A stretch of 62,836 nt of DNA, counting the filler. It is 13 parts of 13 records of this genome, joined end to end, with 100 filler letters (N's around TTAATTAATTAA, not from the genome) between each part and the next. Parts side by side here need not be neighbours in the genome. Positions count along the whole stretch, not along the records: positions 59,892 to 62,836 come from SRR11831580_2811; 12 more parts are not named here. The stretch is one strand, 5' to 3'. Of the stretch, positions 61,720 through 62,836 are shown piece after piece. Position numbers and translations under genes: made by a program. The first letter of the stretch is position 1, and each line of letters starts with the position of its first letter. Below the pieces are notes generated by a model. The model saw nothing but the letters and a program-made list of their open reading frames with translations. It had not been told where the DNA came from and did no database searches.

Positions 61720-62836
61720 CTACCCGTTATCCACTGGCACGCCAAACCACTGATGATACCAACGAGGTAAAATTTGCTCCCTGAGGCTGCTAATCCGCCA
61801 GCCTTGCGCTGAAAAATTGACCGTTGTTTGACCTTGATGTGGAGTATCAATCCATTGATATCCTTGCAGTTGATAGCGATGCTTAACTTTGTTAGAGGGC
61901 AGTCGCCATGCGTTATAGCGCGATGCCGATGCGAGTGCCACTTTTCCATTCACTCGCTGAATTAATGGCAACGATGATGAGGTATTACTGCCATGGTGAG
62001 GTACCTGAAGCAATGTTGCCTGCACTTGCTGCCAGTAACGGCTTAGCATCTTTTGTTCAGCTGGGGCTTCAATATCACCGGTTAGAAGAATGCTATTCGT
62101 CCCGTCATCAACCTTAACCACACAGGAATGGTTATTTCCTTTATCGTTGCTACCTTGTAAAGGCCAGTGCGCGCTGAAACGCAATCCTTGCCATTGCCAC
62201 GCTTCGCCACGCACACAGGGCTGATGATGTTCCCAGTTTAACGGACTTCTGATCCATAACATCGGCCATATATGCAATATTGAATCCAGCCCTCCCCGGT
62301 GATCCAGATGTTCATGGCTCAGAATAACGCCTTCCGGTTCAAGATTATGCCAGTGGAGCCAGGGGATAATCAGTTGTTGCCCACTATCCCCTTCAGGCCA
62401 GGCCAGTCCTGTGTCATAGAGAATCGCTTTGCCGTTTCTGGCTATCACCATTGCCAGCCCTTGCCCGACATCAAGCATGTACAGCTGCCACTCGTCAGGT
62501 CGAGGTTTTTGCCACAGCGGCCAGCACATCAGCAAGCCTCCAGCCACACACATTGCTGGCAACGTTCGCCAGGCGTTTAATCGCCATACCACCAGTAAGA
62601 ACCATGGGGAAAATGATAGCCATTGCCAACATTCAGCAATGTTGATCCACCCTTCCGGCAAACTCTTTAACCCCCAGAAAAGTAAAGCCAAAGACCGGTC
62701 GGCAAGAAACCATAACCCTTGCTCCAGGATTAACGGCCCGCTTAAATGCACAACCATCGCGGCGAGGATCAACGGAACCGTGATAAATGTCACCAAGGGA
62801 ATTGCTAATAGATTTGCAATAAACGAGGTCAGACTA
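61720..62836 (-). CDS. ycaI: ComEC/Rec2-family protein (5' truncated)
   Basis: DVGQG, SHEHLDH, PHHGS metallo-beta-lactamase motifs; upstream of msbA. Confidence 0.93.
   Translation of the reverse strand, partial: SLTSFIANLLAIPLVTFITVPLILAAMVVHLSGPLILEQGLWFLADRSLALLFWGLKSLPEGWINIAECWQWLSFSPWFLLVVWRLNAWRTLPAMCVAGGLLMCWPLWQKPRPDEWQLYMLDVGQGLAMVIARNGKAILYDTGLAWPEGDSGQQLIIPWLHWHNLEPEGVILSHEHLDHRGGLDSILHIWPMLWIRSPLNWEHHQPCVRGEAWQWQGLRFSAHWPLQGSNDKGNNHSCVVKVDDGTNSILLTGDIEAPAEQKMLSRYWQQVQATLLQVPHHGSNTSSSLPLIQRVNGKVALASASRYNAWRLPSNKVKHRYQLQGYQWIDTPHQGQTTVNFSAQGWRISSLREQILPRWYHQWFGVPVDNG

Overview
This window is not a contiguous locus. It is a pseudo-scaffold of 13 unrelated contigs joined by twelve identical 100-nt spacers (44 N + TTAATTAATTAA + 44 N). 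Eleven contigs are Escherichia coli K-12-type chromosome fragments from scattered loci: yiiG-frv, lld, hyb, mltB-recA-alaS-csrA-serV, ycfZ-cobB, mutS-ygb, yiaVW-aldB-selB, mdtEF-gadE, atp-mnmG, scpA-argP-rpiA and msbA-ycaI. The E. coli carries the recA1 allele (G160D), so it is most likely a cloning-host contaminant. A 454 Titanium paired-end linker remnant and several single-base homopolymer frameshifts point to 454 sequencing. Two contigs are intron-rich eukaryotic DNA that the ORF track cannot resolve; I spliced them by hand. Contig 13455-21066 holds two tandem minus-strand genes with ciliary associations: an IQCH-like gene (at least 15 exons) and an outer-dynein-arm docking-complex-like (CCDC151/ODAD3-like) gene. 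Contig 48327-51230 holds an 8-exon gene of about 449 aa resembling SAMD3-like proteins. It is followed by clustered short subterminal repeats and a CAC-type terminus one base from the contig end, which suggests the end of a CMC/EnSpm-like DNA transposon in an unidentified eukaryote. That element is the best candidate for something undescribed. I see no novel bacterial system. Gene identities and reference comparisons are from recall, not database searches.
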